The notes: generated from the sequence alone by a model not told the origin. A stretch of 64,000 nt of DNA from an uncultured virus (IMG/VR IMGVR_UViG_3300043469_000509) (IMGVR_UViG_3300043469_000509), one strand, 5' to 3'; positions 35,639 through 46,543 are shown, numbered from the stretch's first letter. Numbers and translations: made by a program.

Positions 35639-38170
35639 ATGCAAAAATTTAACCAAAACATAACATTTCCTAATCAAAAAGTATCTGATACTGCTAAGAA
35701 TGACGCTTGGGGTAAAGATAATGTAGATGCTGCAGAGAGTCTTATATTGAATCAGAATCAATTTACAAGAAACTCTAGGTATTCTAAATTGGTTAACTAT
35801 GATTTATATGCAGGTAAGCTACATCCTAGTGATATGGAGCTTATTATGAATCCATTAGGATTAAAAGACATACATTTTCCATCAAAACCTCTAAATCACC
35901 CACTTATTAACCCTTATATTAAGGCTTTAATAGGTGAGGAGATTAAACGTAGGTTTGATTATCACTTAAAAGTGAATAATGAGGACGCAATTAGTGAAAA
36001 AGAAGTAGCTAAACGCGATTTAATGCAACAAACTATAGAACAAATTCTATTAGAGGGTATAGAACAACCTCCAGAAGGAGATCAAGAAGCGCAAGCTAGG
36101 TTTGAGCAAGAAATTGAGAAAAGACTTAGACAAAAAAAGGATTATTTAAACTATGAGTGGCAAGATGTTAGAGAATTATCTGGAAATAGGTTACTAAAAC
36201 ACTACACTCAGAAAAATAAACTGTCTGAAATATTTACTAAAGGTTTTGAAGACTCTTTAATATGTGCTGAAGAGATATATAGAGTAGATATTATTAACAA
36301 TGAGCCTATAGTACACAAATGTAACCCACTAAACACATATTTTTTATTACCTCCTGACTCTAATAAGGTTGAGGATTGTGATATTATTATAGAAGAGGAT
36401 TATGTTCCTATTAGTAAGATTATTGATGACTATTATGACTATCTTAAACCTTCAGAAATTGATTGGTTAGGAGAAAAAACTATGTACAAAGCTAAAGGTA
36501 CTTATGGTGGGCCAGTAGGTTACGAATTACAAGACCCTACGTTTGCTGTACCATTTGGATTAACTGGAAGTGTTAACATTAATCAGATTAATACAAGTGC
36601 TAATAGTTATTTGTCTTTCGATTCACAAAATAATGTTAGAAGAGTTAAAGTAGTTTGGAGAAGTCTTAGAAAAGTCGGAGTATTAACTTACTTAGATGAA
36701 CAAGGGCAAGCTCAAGAAACTATGGTTAGCGAATTCTACAAAGCTAATAAGGATTTAGGAGAAACAGTTAAATGGCTATGGATTGGAGAATGGTGGGAAG
36801 GTACTAAGATAGCTAATGAGATCTATGTAAAGATTCAACCAAGGCCTATTCAATTTAGAAGTTTAAATAATATCTCAACATGTGCTAGTGGTTATATAGG
36901 AACTATCTATAAAACAAATAGTAGTCAACCTGTAAGCTTAGTAGACTTAATGAAGTCTAGTCAATACATGTATAATGTAATCTATCATAGAACCCAATTA
37001 GCTTTTGCTAAAAACATTGGTAAGGTAGCTAATTTAGATTTAGCTAAGATACCTGCTGGATGGGAGCCTGATAAGTGGTTATATTATATGCGAGAAATGA
37101 ATCTTGCTGTAACTGATAGTTTTAGAGAAGCTAATAAAGGAGCTGCTACTGGTAAACTTGCTGGTAACATGAATAGTAATCAAGCTGTATTAGATATGGA
37201 TATGGGTAACTATATTCAACAGCATATACAGATGCTTGAGTACATTAAAGGAGAGCTAGATTTAATCACAGGTATTACTGCAGAAAGAAGAGGCCAAAGA
37301 ACTACAAGTGATCAAGGCTTAGGAGTAACACAAGAAAATAAATTAGCTAGTTCTAATATTACTGAGTGGTATTTTAAAATCCATGACAATACAAAAGTAA
37401 GAGTTTTAAGTGTTTTATTAGAAACAGCTAAGTACTGTTTAAGAAATGATAATAAAACTATTCAATATGTAGAAGATGATTATACTACACAAATCTTTAA
37501 AGTAGATGGTGAGTTAATTAATGAGTGTGAATATGACTTATTCATTAGAGATGCTATGGAAGATCAAAGAGCTATTGATATGCTAAGACAAGCTACAGAG
37601 ATTGGTTTACAAACTGGTCAAGTAAGTCTTATCCAATTAATGGATATCTATTCTAATCAATCTCTAGCTTCTATTAGAAGAAAGATAGAAAAGTCTATAG
37701 CTCAAGCTAAAGATGAAGCTAGCCAACAACAACAAGCTGAATACGAAGCTAATCAAAAACAAGTACAAGCTACATTACAAGCTAAGCAAGAAGAGATGCA
37801 AGCTAAGATGGATTTAGAGTACGCTAAGCTAGACCAAGAAGCTTTAGATAATCAACTAGACCGCGAGGTTAAAATACAAGTTGAAACTATGAAGGCTTAC
37901 AGTTTAGATGAAGGTCCTAACCCATTAGATATAGCAGCTGTTGGAGAACAAGCTTTAAAACAGCAAGAAATGTATTCTAAAGAGTCTATTAAAAGACATG
38001 AGGTAGCAGCTAAAGAAAGAATTGAGCAATCTAAACTATCTCTAGAAAGAGAAAAACTCAAAACTGAAAAAGAGATGAAGCAGAAAGAGATAAAAAGAGA
38101 TTACGATAATATGATTAATGATGAGAAGATTGCTCGTATAAATTTGAAAGGTAGATCTAAAGCCAAATAA
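35639..38170 (+). CDS. portal protein
   Basis: 843 aa after TerL; NYDLY.G, WIGEWWEGTKI, SLVDLMK..QY.YN, ITGIT..R.G and a C-terminal coiled coil, as in crAss-type portals. Confidence 0.9.
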   Translation: MQKFNQNITFPNQKVSDTAKNDAWGKDNVDAAESLILNQNQFTRNSRYSKLVNYDLYAGKLHPSDMELIMNPLGLKDIHFPSKPLNHPLINPYIKALIGEEIKRRFDYHLKVNNEDAISEKEVAKRDLMQQTIEQILLEGIEQPPEGDQEAQARFEQEIEKRLRQKKDYLNYEWQDVRELSGNRLLKHYTQKNKLSEIFTKGFEDSLICAEEIYRVDIINNEPIVHKCNPLNTYFLLPPDSNKVEDCDIIIEEDYVPISKIIDDYYDYLKPSEIDWLGEKTMYKAKGTYGGPVGYELQDPTFAVPFGLTGSVNINQINTSANSYLSFDSQNNVRRVKVVWRSLRKVGVLTYLDEQGQAQETMVSEFYKANKDLGETVKWLWIGEWWEGTKIANEIYVKIQPRPIQFRSLNNISTCASGYIGTIYKTNSSQPVSLVDLMKSSQYMYNVIYHRTQLAFAKNIGKVANLDLAKIPAGWEPDKWLYYMREMNLAVTDSFREANKGAATGKLAGNMNSNQAVLDMDMGNYIQQHIQMLEYIKGELDLITGITAERRGQRTTSDQGLGVTQENKLASSNITEWYFKIHDNTKVRVLSVLLETAKYCLRNDNKTIQYVEDDYTTQIFKVDGELINECEYDLFIRDAMEDQRAIDMLRQATEIGLQTGQVSLIQLMDIYSNQSLASIRRKIEKSIAQAKDEASQQQQAEYEANQKQVQATLQAKQEEMQAKMDLEYAKLDQEALDNQLDREVKIQVETMKAYSLDEGPNPLDIAAVGEQALKQQEMYSKESIKRHEVAAKERIEQSKLSLEREKLKTEKEMKQKEIKRDYDNMINDEKIARINLKGRSKAK

Positions 38171-38172
38171 AA

Positions 38173-38460
38173 ATGATTACTCAATATACAATATTTGGAC
38201 AAGTTATACAAATCCTACCTAAAAAGAAACTTTATAAAAAAGGATCTATAGGATTATGGAAACCTAATCAAAATGTTATATATTATCAGAAGGCTATACC
38301 AGAATATAAAATGAGTCCCGACAATATTGATCAAACCATATGTCACGAAATAATACATTCTTGGTTAGATAAAATAGGTTACGAAAACTTATCAGAAGAT
38401 GAGAAACTTGTAGATTTACTAGGGTCTTGTTTAAATGAATTTATAACAAGTAAAAAGTAA
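38173..38460 (+). CDS. small zincin-like metallopeptidase (HExxH)
   Basis: TICHEIIH...DEKLVD. Confidence 0.65.
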   Translation: MITQYTIFGQVIQILPKKKLYKKGSIGLWKPNQNVIYYQKAIPEYKMSPDNIDQTICHEIIHSWLDKIGYENLSEDEKLVDLLGSCLNEFITSKK

Positions 38461-38465
38461 TACTT

Positions 38466-38528
38466 AAGCTATAGAATTACTAAACTTATTTTTAGTAATA
38501 ATAAAAAATTAACAATAAACTAATATAT
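38466..38528 (+). promoter_or_regulatory. late-gene upstream motif, copy 2
   Basis: AAGCTATAGAATTACTAAACTTATTTT-N28-TAATATAT before the scaffold-like and capsid genes. Confidence 0.6.
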
Positions 38529-38536
38529 TAACTACA

Positions 38537-39682
38537 ATGAGTGAAGAAAAAAACGATTTATTTGAAGGGTTAGGGTCCTTTCTTGTTAATCAAGATGCTG
38601 TTAGTGTAGATTCTTTAGAGAAAGAAACTAGCAAAAAACCTGAAGAAGAAGAAGTAGAAGAAGACAAAGATAAACCTGCTGATAATGGTGCAATATCTTT
38701 AGATGAATTAGAAAAAGAATTATCAGAAACTAACATTGAAGATGAAGATGATTCTTCTAACTTAGAAGAAGATGCTAGTAATCCTGAGAAATCTAAAGAT
38801 GGATCTAATATCTACAGAACATTATCAGAGCTTTTAAAAGAAGAAGGTATTGTTGAAGATACGTTTGAAGATAAAGAAGCCTTGTTTAACTACTTTAAAT
38901 CAGTAGCTGATAACAATGTTAAAGAATGGGTAGATAGTCTTCCTAAAGAGATTTCTGATCTAATTACTAACTACGAAGAAGGTGTTCCTTTTGATGAGTT
39001 GCTACAAATTAAGTCAGATCAAATTAGATTAAACTCTATTACTGATGAATCACTAGAAGATAACATTGATCTTCAGAAAAACTTAGTAAGAAACTTTTAC
39101 AGAGAAAAAGGATTTACTGAGTCTAAGATTGAAAAGATGGTTAGTAAGTCTGAAGATCTTGATGAACTTGAAGATGAGGCTAAAGAAGCTTTAGCTGAAT
39201 TAAAAGAATCTGAAAATAAAAGATTAGAAAGTATTCAGGTAGAAACAAAAAGAAAAGCGTTAGAAAATCAAAAAGCTTATGTTGAAAGTGTTAATAAATT
39301 AAATAGCACTATTAATGAAGTTAAAGAAATCATACCTGGTGTAAAGATTGATGAAAAAACTAAGAAAGAGTTATTCAACATGATTACTAAACCAGCAGAA
39401 ACTAGAGATGGAGTATCTTACTCAGAGATAATGTTATTAAGAGAAAAGAATCCACTAGATTTTGAATTAAAATTAAATTACTACGCAAAGATGGGGCTAT
39501 TTGATGAGAACCCTAAGTTTGATGTAATAATGAAGAAGAGTGAAACTAAAGTCTTAAATAAATTAGAAAGGCAATTAGAAGAAGATTTAAAGAATAGAAT
39601 CAATAAATCTAACTCTAGTTCTAGATCATCTGAAGAAAACACAGATATCTTTGATGCATTAAAGACTGTATATAAAAAATAA
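38537..39682 (+). CDS. acidic scaffold-like protein upstream of the major capsid gene
   Basis: Highly acidic, coiled coil; conserved crAss position before MCP. Confidence 0.7.
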   Translation: MSEEKNDLFEGLGSFLVNQDAVSVDSLEKETSKKPEEEEVEEDKDKPADNGAISLDELEKELSETNIEDEDDSSNLEEDASNPEKSKDGSNIYRTLSELLKEEGIVEDTFEDKEALFNYFKSVADNNVKEWVDSLPKEISDLITNYEEGVPFDELLQIKSDQIRLNSITDESLEDNIDLQKNLVRNFYREKGFTESKIEKMVSKSEDLDELEDEAKEALAELKESENKRLESIQVETKRKALENQKAYVESVNKLNSTINEVKEIIPGVKIDEKTKKELFNMITKPAETRDGVSYSEIMLLREKNPLDFELKLNYYAKMGLFDENPKFDVIMKKSETKVLNKLERQLEEDLKNRINKSNSSSRSSEENTDIFDALKTVYKK

Positions 39683-39712
39683 ATTAACCTTAACAATATA
39701 AAATAAAATTTA

Positions 39713-41200
39713 ATGAGTCAAATTATTAGTCCTTTACAAAAATTTTCTCCTAAAGATTGGAGTGGTCTTACCACTAAGAATCACATTGGAGCTATGTATG
39801 GTGAACAACCGCTTATGGTGTCTGAATTAATCTCTAATATCTACGATGTAAACCTTGGTTTAGATTTTGATAGATTTATGGAACAATTTGATACTATGGA
39901 AATTGAGCGTGATGCTCCTTTTGAGTGGATGTTAAATTCACAATCACCATTTAAGAACATTCCATTGTTGCAATACTACACAGATGTTGCTTTAACTGCA
40001 CAAGGTGCTACACCAGGTGTAGGTAACACAAGTTTCTACTTGGAATTTCCTGATAGAATTTTCGAATTCTCTGATGTGATTGCTCCAGCTAGCTACGCTA
40101 AAGAAACTTATCAAATGCGTGTAATGTCTGATCCTAGACCTAATGGTGCTAACTGGTGCTATGAAGTATCTTTGGTATCAGGTGATTCTAACTTGTATGT
40201 ACCAGTTGCTGAATTAGCTAATGGTGTACGTTTTGTTAAAATGTATGCTCTTGCTGGTCAAACCTTATCACAAAGAGGTTCTAGTTCATTAACATTTAGT
40301 TCTCCATTCAGGATGCAAAACAGATGTTCATTCATGCGTTCAGAGTACATGGTACCTGGAGATATGATTGATCAAAAAGAAAATGCTCCACTTGGATTCT
40401 TCTTTGTTGATGCACAAGGTAAACGTCATACTACTTGGTTAGGTAAATTAGATTACGACTTCATGGTATCATGGAAACGTATGAAATCAATGGCTCAATT
40501 GTATGGTAAATCTTTGAAGAATTCTCAAGGAGCTTACAATATGAAAGATGAGTCAGGTTACGAAATTAAAGCAGGTTATGGTTTGCTAGATCAAATCTCT
40601 CCATCTAATATTCACTACTACACTACATTTGATATAGATGTATTAAGTGAAATCTTAATGAGCTTATCTGTTGGTAAATTACCAGAAGATCAAAGACGTT
40701 TTGTATTAGGTACAGGTGAGTATGGTATGCGTCAATTCCATAAGACTCTTGAAACTAAAGCAGTAACATTTGCTCCATCTAGAGAAGAAATTCGTATTGG
40801 TGGAACTTTAAATAACATGAGTTATGGAGGTCAATTCAAGAAATATTCATTTATCAATGGTATTGAAATTGAATTAATGCACATTCCATTCTTAGATGAT
40901 CCAAGTTTGTGTTCTATTCAACACCCTGATGGTGGTATCTTAAGTTCATATGAATATATGATTTTAGATTTCGGTACTTCTCAAGGTAAACCTAATATCC
41001 AAAAAGTAACTGTAAAAGGTTCTCAAGACATTTACAAGTACATCCCAGGATTACGTGACCCGTTCTCTCCGAACAATGGTGGTACTAAACCAGGTATGAC
41101 TGTAAGTAAAGTTGATGGATACGAAGTGGTACGTGCTTGTACCCTAGGTATGAAAGTACATAATCCAATGAGATTAGCTCGTTTCATTCCTAATTTATAA
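39713..41200 (+). CDS. major capsid protein
   Basis: 495 aa; WSGLTTKNH N-terminus, G.GL..QI, TGEYG..QFH, YIPGLRDPF, typical of crAss MCPs; highly biased codons; followed by a terminator. Confidence 0.92.
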   Translation: MSQIISPLQKFSPKDWSGLTTKNHIGAMYGEQPLMVSELISNIYDVNLGLDFDRFMEQFDTMEIERDAPFEWMLNSQSPFKNIPLLQYYTDVALTAQGATPGVGNTSFYLEFPDRIFEFSDVIAPASYAKETYQMRVMSDPRPNGANWCYEVSLVSGDSNLYVPVAELANGVRFVKMYALAGQTLSQRGSSSLTFSSPFRMQNRCSFMRSEYMVPGDMIDQKENAPLGFFFVDAQGKRHTTWLGKLDYDFMVSWKRMKSMAQLYGKSLKNSQGAYNMKDESGYEIKAGYGLLDQISPSNIHYYTTFDIDVLSEILMSLSVGKLPEDQRRFVLGTGEYGMRQFHKTLETKAVTFAPSREEIRIGGTLNNMSYGGQFKKYSFINGIEIELMHIPFLDDPSLCSIQHPDGGILSSYEYMILDFGTSQGKPNIQKVTVKGSQDIYKYIPGLRDPFSPNNGGTKPGMTVSKVDGYEVVRACTLGMKVHNPMRLARFIPNL

Positions 41201-41208
41201 TCAAATTA

Positions 41209-41247
41209 AAACCTAGGGAGTCCTAAAAAGCTCTCTAGGTTTATTTT
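41209..41247 (+). terminator. intrinsic terminator after MCP
   Basis: AACCTAGGGAG...CTCTCTAGGTT then TATTTT. Confidence 0.75.
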
Positions 41248-41279
41248 AAATATTAAACAAATAAATATATATACAAACT

Positions 41280-42131
41280 ATGGGGATAGTAGAAAAAGAA
41301 CCTCTCACAATTGAGAGTATTTTAAAGAATAAAAAAATTATAGTAAAACCAATTTTTAGAAACAATGGTAATTTTCCCAAAGGGCACGATGGGGAGTTTA
41401 TGTTTACAGACACTGTATGGTCAACTGATTTAAGACCAGAACCAGGTACTAACAGATACAAAGCAATCCTTACTGAAGAAGAAAGACTTGTATTTGAAAA
41501 GACTTTAAACCTAGAACCAGGCAGTATGAGTTTCTATAAAAAAACAGGGTTTTGGCCCAAGTTTAGAGCTAAACTAACGAAAGAAGGTAAAACTTTAAAT
41601 CTTAGCGAGCCGTTAGATTACTTAGAATATTTAGTACTATTAGCTGACCGTAGAATAGCTCCTAATTGGAATGCTAAATATGATAGTGGTGAGTATAAGT
41701 TTGCTTTAGTAGATGATGAAGAAATTATTAAAGATAATAATAATAAGAGTGATTTAAATAAGAAAGCTTACAAGTACTTAGGTAAAATTGAAGACTCTGT
41801 TGAAGATATGACAATGGTAATTAGATTAGTTTCTAATCAAATTGTTAAATCAAAAGATTTAGGATTCTTACAATCTGAGATACAAAAAATTCTTGATAAT
41901 AACATTAAAGGATTTGTTGAAGTAATGGAAGATAAGTCTTTTGGGACTAAAGCATTTATTAACAAAGCTCTAGATGCTAAAGCATTAGATAGAACGGTTA
42001 AAGGCGGATATGCTTTAAAAGGTGGAGATGAGATTGGTAGAACACTTAGTGAAACTGTAGAGTTTTTAGAGTCTAACAAAAACCAAGATATCTTCTTAAA
42101 GCTAAAAGCTCAGATAGATAATAAAAAGTAA
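41280..42131 (+). CDS. conserved crAss-type protein downstream of MCP
   Basis: FW...........LNLS.P.DY..Y.VL motif and synteny. Confidence 0.65.
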   Translation: MGIVEKEPLTIESILKNKKIIVKPIFRNNGNFPKGHDGEFMFTDTVWSTDLRPEPGTNRYKAILTEEERLVFEKTLNLEPGSMSFYKKTGFWPKFRAKLTKEGKTLNLSEPLDYLEYLVLLADRRIAPNWNAKYDSGEYKFALVDDEEIIKDNNNKSDLNKKAYKYLGKIEDSVEDMTMVIRLVSNQIVKSKDLGFLQSEIQKILDNNIKGFVEVMEDKSFGTKAFINKALDAKALDRTVKGGYALKGGDEIGRTLSETVEFLESNKNQDIFLKLKAQIDNKK

Positions 42132-42199
42132 ATTAGTATTAATACACTTAGGAGTGAAACATAAAATGACCCTAAGTTAATATATAATTATAAAGTAAC

Positions 42200-42919
42200 A
42201 TGACAAAACAAGAGTTCTTGAACAACTTTTACTTGCAGATGGATAAAGTAGCCTCTTTGGCTCTACCTGGTTATGAACCAGCTGAAATCGCTGCAATGGC
42301 TACAGAGGCTCAAGAGCTCTTGGTTGTTACTTATTATACAGGTAATAACTCAAGTAGATCTTCATTTGAAGAAACTGAGAAGAGGATTGAAGATTTAGGA
42401 GAACTTGTAGCAACAGGTATTTTAACTCCAGCAACTTACAACCCTTTACTAAATATGCCTAATGGTGTATTTGTAACTTTACCTAATACACTAATAACAA
42501 GTGGTCCTACTGATTATTCAGATGTAGCTTGGTTTACAATTTATGAGGAAGTTTTAACTACTGATAAATGTAATCCTAGAAAATACGTAGTTGAAATAAA
42601 TCATAGTGAGTACAATATAGCTAGATCAGATCCTTATAACAAACCTAGTAAAAGTAAGGTTTGGAGAATGCGTACTGAAGGTAGAAAGCATGAATTAATA
42701 ACTAATGGTGCTTATACTATAACTAGTTACATATTTAGATACATTAAGAAACCAACTCCTATTGACTTAACAACTAACTTAACTGCAAGTGTAAGTCAAT
42801 TATCTGACCATGTTCATAGAGAGCTTGTTAGAAAAACAGTAGAAATAGCTAGTAAGGATATAGAAGCTTATAATAGAATGCAAGCTGAACAAGCTACAAA
42901 TAATACTTATAGAGAATAA
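42200..42919 (+). CDS. putative ring / head-tail connector protein
   Basis: PGYEPAEI...AQE, FEETEKR..DL..LV, Y..RYIKKP.PI, H.E.V..V. Confidence 0.65.
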   Translation: MTKQEFLNNFYLQMDKVASLALPGYEPAEIAAMATEAQELLVVTYYTGNNSSRSSFEETEKRIEDLGELVATGILTPATYNPLLNMPNGVFVTLPNTLITSGPTDYSDVAWFTIYEEVLTTDKCNPRKYVVEINHSEYNIARSDPYNKPSKSKVWRMRTEGRKHELITNGAYTITSYIFRYIKKPTPIDLTTNLTASVSQLSDHVHRELVRKTVEIASKDIEAYNRMQAEQATNNTYRE

Positions 42920-42980
42920 GCTATAGAATTGCTATATTTATTTTAAAAAAAACTTGGAAATAAACTATTTATTAATATAT
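42918..42980 (+). promoter_or_regulatory. late-gene upstream motif, copy 3
   Basis: AAGCTATAGAATTGCTATATTTATTTT-N28-TAATATAT before 42999. Confidence 0.6.
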
Positions 42981-42998
42981 TAAAACAAAACAAAAGAA

Positions 42999-43436
42999 AT
43001 GTCTTTAAACAAAATAACAGGAGCTAACAGAAATTCAGTTAGAACATCCTTAGATAATGCACAAACAGCTGTAGGAGGCGATGTAAATCCTATCATAGAT
43101 TTCGTGAATAGTATATCTTCTGAATCTACATCAGTTAATACAGTTACTACAACTGGAACTACTGCTCAAACTGGTACTTTAAATGCAATTAGCGGTACTA
43201 TTACTTCAGCTACTCTTACTAATACTGTAAGTACTGCAACAAGTATTACTATTACAAACGCATATTGTACTACAACTAGCACAATATTATGTCAATTCAG
43301 TGCAGCTACTGTTGGTACTGGTGGTATATTTATACAAAGTGTAGTAGCTTCTAATGGGTCTTTTGTAATTAACCTTTATAATCCAATCGCTCTTACAGGA
43401 ACTGCAAGTGTAAAAATCAAATTTATCATACTATAA
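42999..43436 (+). CDS. putative capsid decoration / head fibre protein
   Basis: Thr/Ser-rich beta-structured protein in the structural module. Confidence 0.5.
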   Translation: MSLNKITGANRNSVRTSLDNAQTAVGGDVNPIIDFVNSISSESTSVNTVTTTGTTAQTGTLNAISGTITSATLTNTVSTATSITITNAYCTTTSTILCQFSAATVGTGGIFIQSVVASNGSFVINLYNPIALTGTASVKIKFIIL

Positions 43437-43470
43437 TCAATTTATTTATAAACATTAAACAAATTAAACA

Positions 43471-44781
43471 ATGTCATTACAAAATGTAAGTAATCATAAA
43501 CAATTACTAATAGGGAAAAACAACCCAACCTACCCAACTACTGGAGTAGCCACACCTTCAACTATTGCTGATGGGGTTATTGCTGTAACAACTGTAGATG
43601 GGGCTATACTAGATTCTACTGCAGCAGGTAATTTATCTGATACTGCTCAAGTAGTATTTGTACAAGGTCAAGGTTCTACAAAACCATTAATTAAAACTGC
43701 GCCTTTTTCTAAGAAGGATGTGCTTGTAGCTAAAGGTAAACTTTATGCTGTAGCTAATCAACAAGCTTCTTATATAGGTTTTGCTCCTGGTAAAGCTGGG
43801 AGAACAACTGCTGGAACAACTGGTAGTATTGAATTACCTGGTGCAGGAACTTCAGTTATTTTACGTAACACTTTTAAAACAAACTTCTATCAATTTAGTG
43901 ATAAATTAATGGAGTCTATTGTAGGTTATAGAGTAACTACTTCTACTACTACTAGTATTTTAGTAGATTATTTAGCTAAATATGCAATTCAAGATATTCA
44001 GAAATATGTAAATATTCCTTATTCTGTAGAGCGTGTAAATAGTTCAACAAGTACTTCTAATGCTTCAGCTGCAACAACTGCTGTAGTACAAGGTTCTGCT
44101 GTAATTACAACTGCTACCCCACATGCAAGTTGGGCAGTAGGTGATTATCTTAGAATTGGCGGTACATCTGTAGATTACCCTTTATATAAGATTACCGCTA
44201 AAACTGCAACAACTGTAACATTAGACACTGCTTATCAAGGTGATACTGCTACAATTGCTATTGGTAGTGTTATTGAAGTAGCTCCTGTAACAACTTCTGG
44301 TATAGATGGTACTGGTTGGGGTATTCGTTTTACAGGTAGACCTCAAACTAAATTTGGTCCAAATATTTTCCGTTATGAAACTTCTAAGTTTGTAACTACA
44401 GCTCAAAACTTTGGTGCTACAACTGTTAAAAATGCTTTCAGTACTGGTACTGGTACTTTAGACAATGGTGTTCCAACTGAAGGTTCTGGTGTTTACGAAC
44501 AAATTGCTGAAGAAGAATTCTTCTTCCAATTAGGAGAAGGTATGCATGATAATGCTCTTATCCAGGTTCCTCCTGTAACTATGCGTTCTAACGTAGAATT
44601 AACTGGAACTTACTCAATCTTAGATTTTGAAGTTAATACACAATCTGGAACAATGAGTTTTATCAACAACCCAATTGCACGTAAACAAATCAGACTTGCT
44701 GTTAACTCTTCTACAAGAGCTAATCAGTTAGATACAATAGCTGATATTGTTGATGCTTGGTTAGGTACAACTATCATTTAA
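43471..44781 (+). CDS. putative auxiliary capsid / structural protein
   Basis: Thr/Ala-rich, biased codon usage, GSG.YEQI...E motif; followed by a terminator. Confidence 0.55.
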   Translation: MSLQNVSNHKQLLIGKNNPTYPTTGVATPSTIADGVIAVTTVDGAILDSTAAGNLSDTAQVVFVQGQGSTKPLIKTAPFSKKDVLVAKGKLYAVANQQASYIGFAPGKAGRTTAGTTGSIELPGAGTSVILRNTFKTNFYQFSDKLMESIVGYRVTTSTTTSILVDYLAKYAIQDIQKYVNIPYSVERVNSSTSTSNASAATTAVVQGSAVITTATPHASWAVGDYLRIGGTSVDYPLYKITAKTATTVTLDTAYQGDTATIAIGSVIEVAPVTTSGIDGTGWGIRFTGRPQTKFGPNIFRYETSKFVTTAQNFGATTVKNAFSTGTGTLDNGVPTEGSGVYEQIAEEEFFFQLGEGMHDNALIQVPPVTMRSNVELTGTYSILDFEVNTQSGTMSFINNPIARKQIRLAVNSSTRANQLDTIADIVDAWLGTTII

Positions 44782-44807
44782 TAATTAATAACTTTACTTA
44801 ATAACTT

Positions 44808-44843
44808 AAAAGGCTATAGCTAGAAATAGCTGTAGCCTTTTTT
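44808..44843 (+). terminator. intrinsic terminator
   Basis: AAGGCTATAGC-TAGAAATA-GCTGTAGCCTT plus T run. Confidence 0.8.
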
Positions 44844-44854
44844 AATTCTACAAA

Positions 44855-45424
44855 ATGGCTTTACAACTTAATGCACAAATACAAGAGTATACTAATCAAG
44901 AATGGCTAACTTTTAAAGAGCTTACTGGATTATATTCTTTAGCTAATTTAACAGGTTGGGAAACACCCAATCCTGCTGTAGGTTCAGCTACAACAGCTAC
45001 TTTAGAAATGCAAGATATTAATGGTACTACTTTAGGAACTGTTGATTTATTTACTTACTTTCCAACTAGCTCTACTACATTTGAATTAAATGTATTAGCT
45101 ACTGAATTTAGCTCTACAACAACAAAGTTTGCTGATGGGGTTTATCAATTTATATATAGAGTACAAACACCAAGTGGTAACTATGAAAAGCGTATTTGGG
45201 TACTATTTAAATGTGCTGCTGAATGTGCTATGGATAAGTTCTTATTAAGACTTATACAAGACTTTTGTGATACTTGTGAGGAAACTGATTCTGAGAAAAG
45301 ATATATGCAAGCTAGAATGCTATTAGACGCTGCTGAAGCTGCTGCTCAATGTGGAGATATTATTAGAGCTACTGCTTTAATAGATATGTTCAATAGATTG
45401 AAAATTGAAACTTGCTGCGATTAA
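44855..45424 (+). CDS. putative tail ring / hub protein
   Basis: DGVY.F.Y motif; Cys-rich C-terminus (CDTC, AAQCG, TCCD). Confidence 0.55.
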   Translation: MALQLNAQIQEYTNQEWLTFKELTGLYSLANLTGWETPNPAVGSATTATLEMQDINGTTLGTVDLFTYFPTSSTTFELNVLATEFSSTTTKFADGVYQFIYRVQTPSGNYEKRIWVLFKCAAECAMDKFLLRLIQDFCDTCEETDSEKRYMQARMLLDAAEAAAQCGDIIRATALIDMFNRLKIETCCD

Positions 45425-45452
45425 TTATTAACTTAATAAAATATTTAAACAA

Positions 45453-46541
45453 ATGTGTATAAATTGCGATGAAATTATACAAGTTGGAAATTCAGGAACC
45501 AATGGTTGGACACCTATTCTAGCTTTATATGAAGGTGAATGTGATGGAGATGCTGTGACAGTACATCAGCTAATTAGCTGGGATGGTGGATCAGGTACTC
45601 GTCCTTCTTATTCAGGAAATATTATGACTGACCAATGGCTTATTGATCATCCTATTTATTTAGGAAGCGATGGGTTTGTAACTGATATATGTGAAGCTAT
45701 TCCACTTAATGGTGGAGCTGGTAGTGCAGGAGCAGCGGGTGCGACAGGTCCAGAAGGCCCAGAAGGCCCAGCTGGTTGTACTCCTATTGCAGATTTAAAC
45801 TTTGAGTTTACTAATAATGGGGAGTTATTAGAACCTCCTGTAGATTTTGAAGTAGTTATTGATGATACTGAGCCTTGTAATCCTATATATGATGTATCTA
45901 TTGATGCTCTAAATTTATTTACTAATGATGGTTTAATTACTGCTCTTTTAGATACAGACACTTTTCAAACTTATATTACTAATCTTGTATCTGCTTCAAT
46001 AGGAGGGGTAAATGGTATGAATAATGGGGTAACAATGAGTAAAACAAGTATTACTGATATATTTTATTATAATGCAGTAGATCCTGGATATGGAGTGCAA
46101 ACATTAGAGTTAGTAGGTGATGATAATTTTTTTAAGTGGAATATTTTAGGTAATAGAATGACTCTTGACTTTTTATTTAATATTCAAACTGATACTGTTA
46201 ATAGCGTGTTCGATTGGTTATTTGAACTAAAAATTCCTGCAAGTAAAACTGTAAGTTCTGAAGAGTACCCAGAATCAAATGCTGTTGCTGTTACTATAGC
46301 AGATACTAGAGATTTTCCACAATCTTATTTATCTAGAAACGAGTTCTTACAAGGAACTCCTGTAATAACCACATATCGAGCTACTCAAGGTTCTAGTTAT
46401 TTACTTTTAGGTGTAGCTCCAAATGTAGAGCCAAGTGCAGGTAGGCCTAGTGATCAATTAGCTGGATTTAATTTTCAAGCTGTATCATCAGGATATGCTT
46501 ACAGAATACAAGGTCAATTAACATTTACAATAAATACATAA
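45453..46541 (+). CDS. tail fibre-associated protein with short collagen-like segment
   Basis: GWTPILA and GAAGATGPEGPEGPAG repeats. Confidence 0.6.
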   Translation: MCINCDEIIQVGNSGTNGWTPILALYEGECDGDAVTVHQLISWDGGSGTRPSYSGNIMTDQWLIDHPIYLGSDGFVTDICEAIPLNGGAGSAGAAGATGPEGPEGPAGCTPIADLNFEFTNNGELLEPPVDFEVVIDDTEPCNPIYDVSIDALNLFTNDGLITALLDTDTFQTYITNLVSASIGGVNGMNNGVTMSKTSITDIFYYNAVDPGYGVQTLELVGDDNFFKWNILGNRMTLDFLFNIQTDTVNSVFDWLFELKIPASKTVSSEEYPESNAVAVTIADTRDFPQSYLSRNEFLQGTPVITTYRATQGSSYLLLGVAPNVEPSAGRPSDQLAGFNFQAVSSGYAYRIQGQLTFTINT

Positions 46542-46543
46542 AT

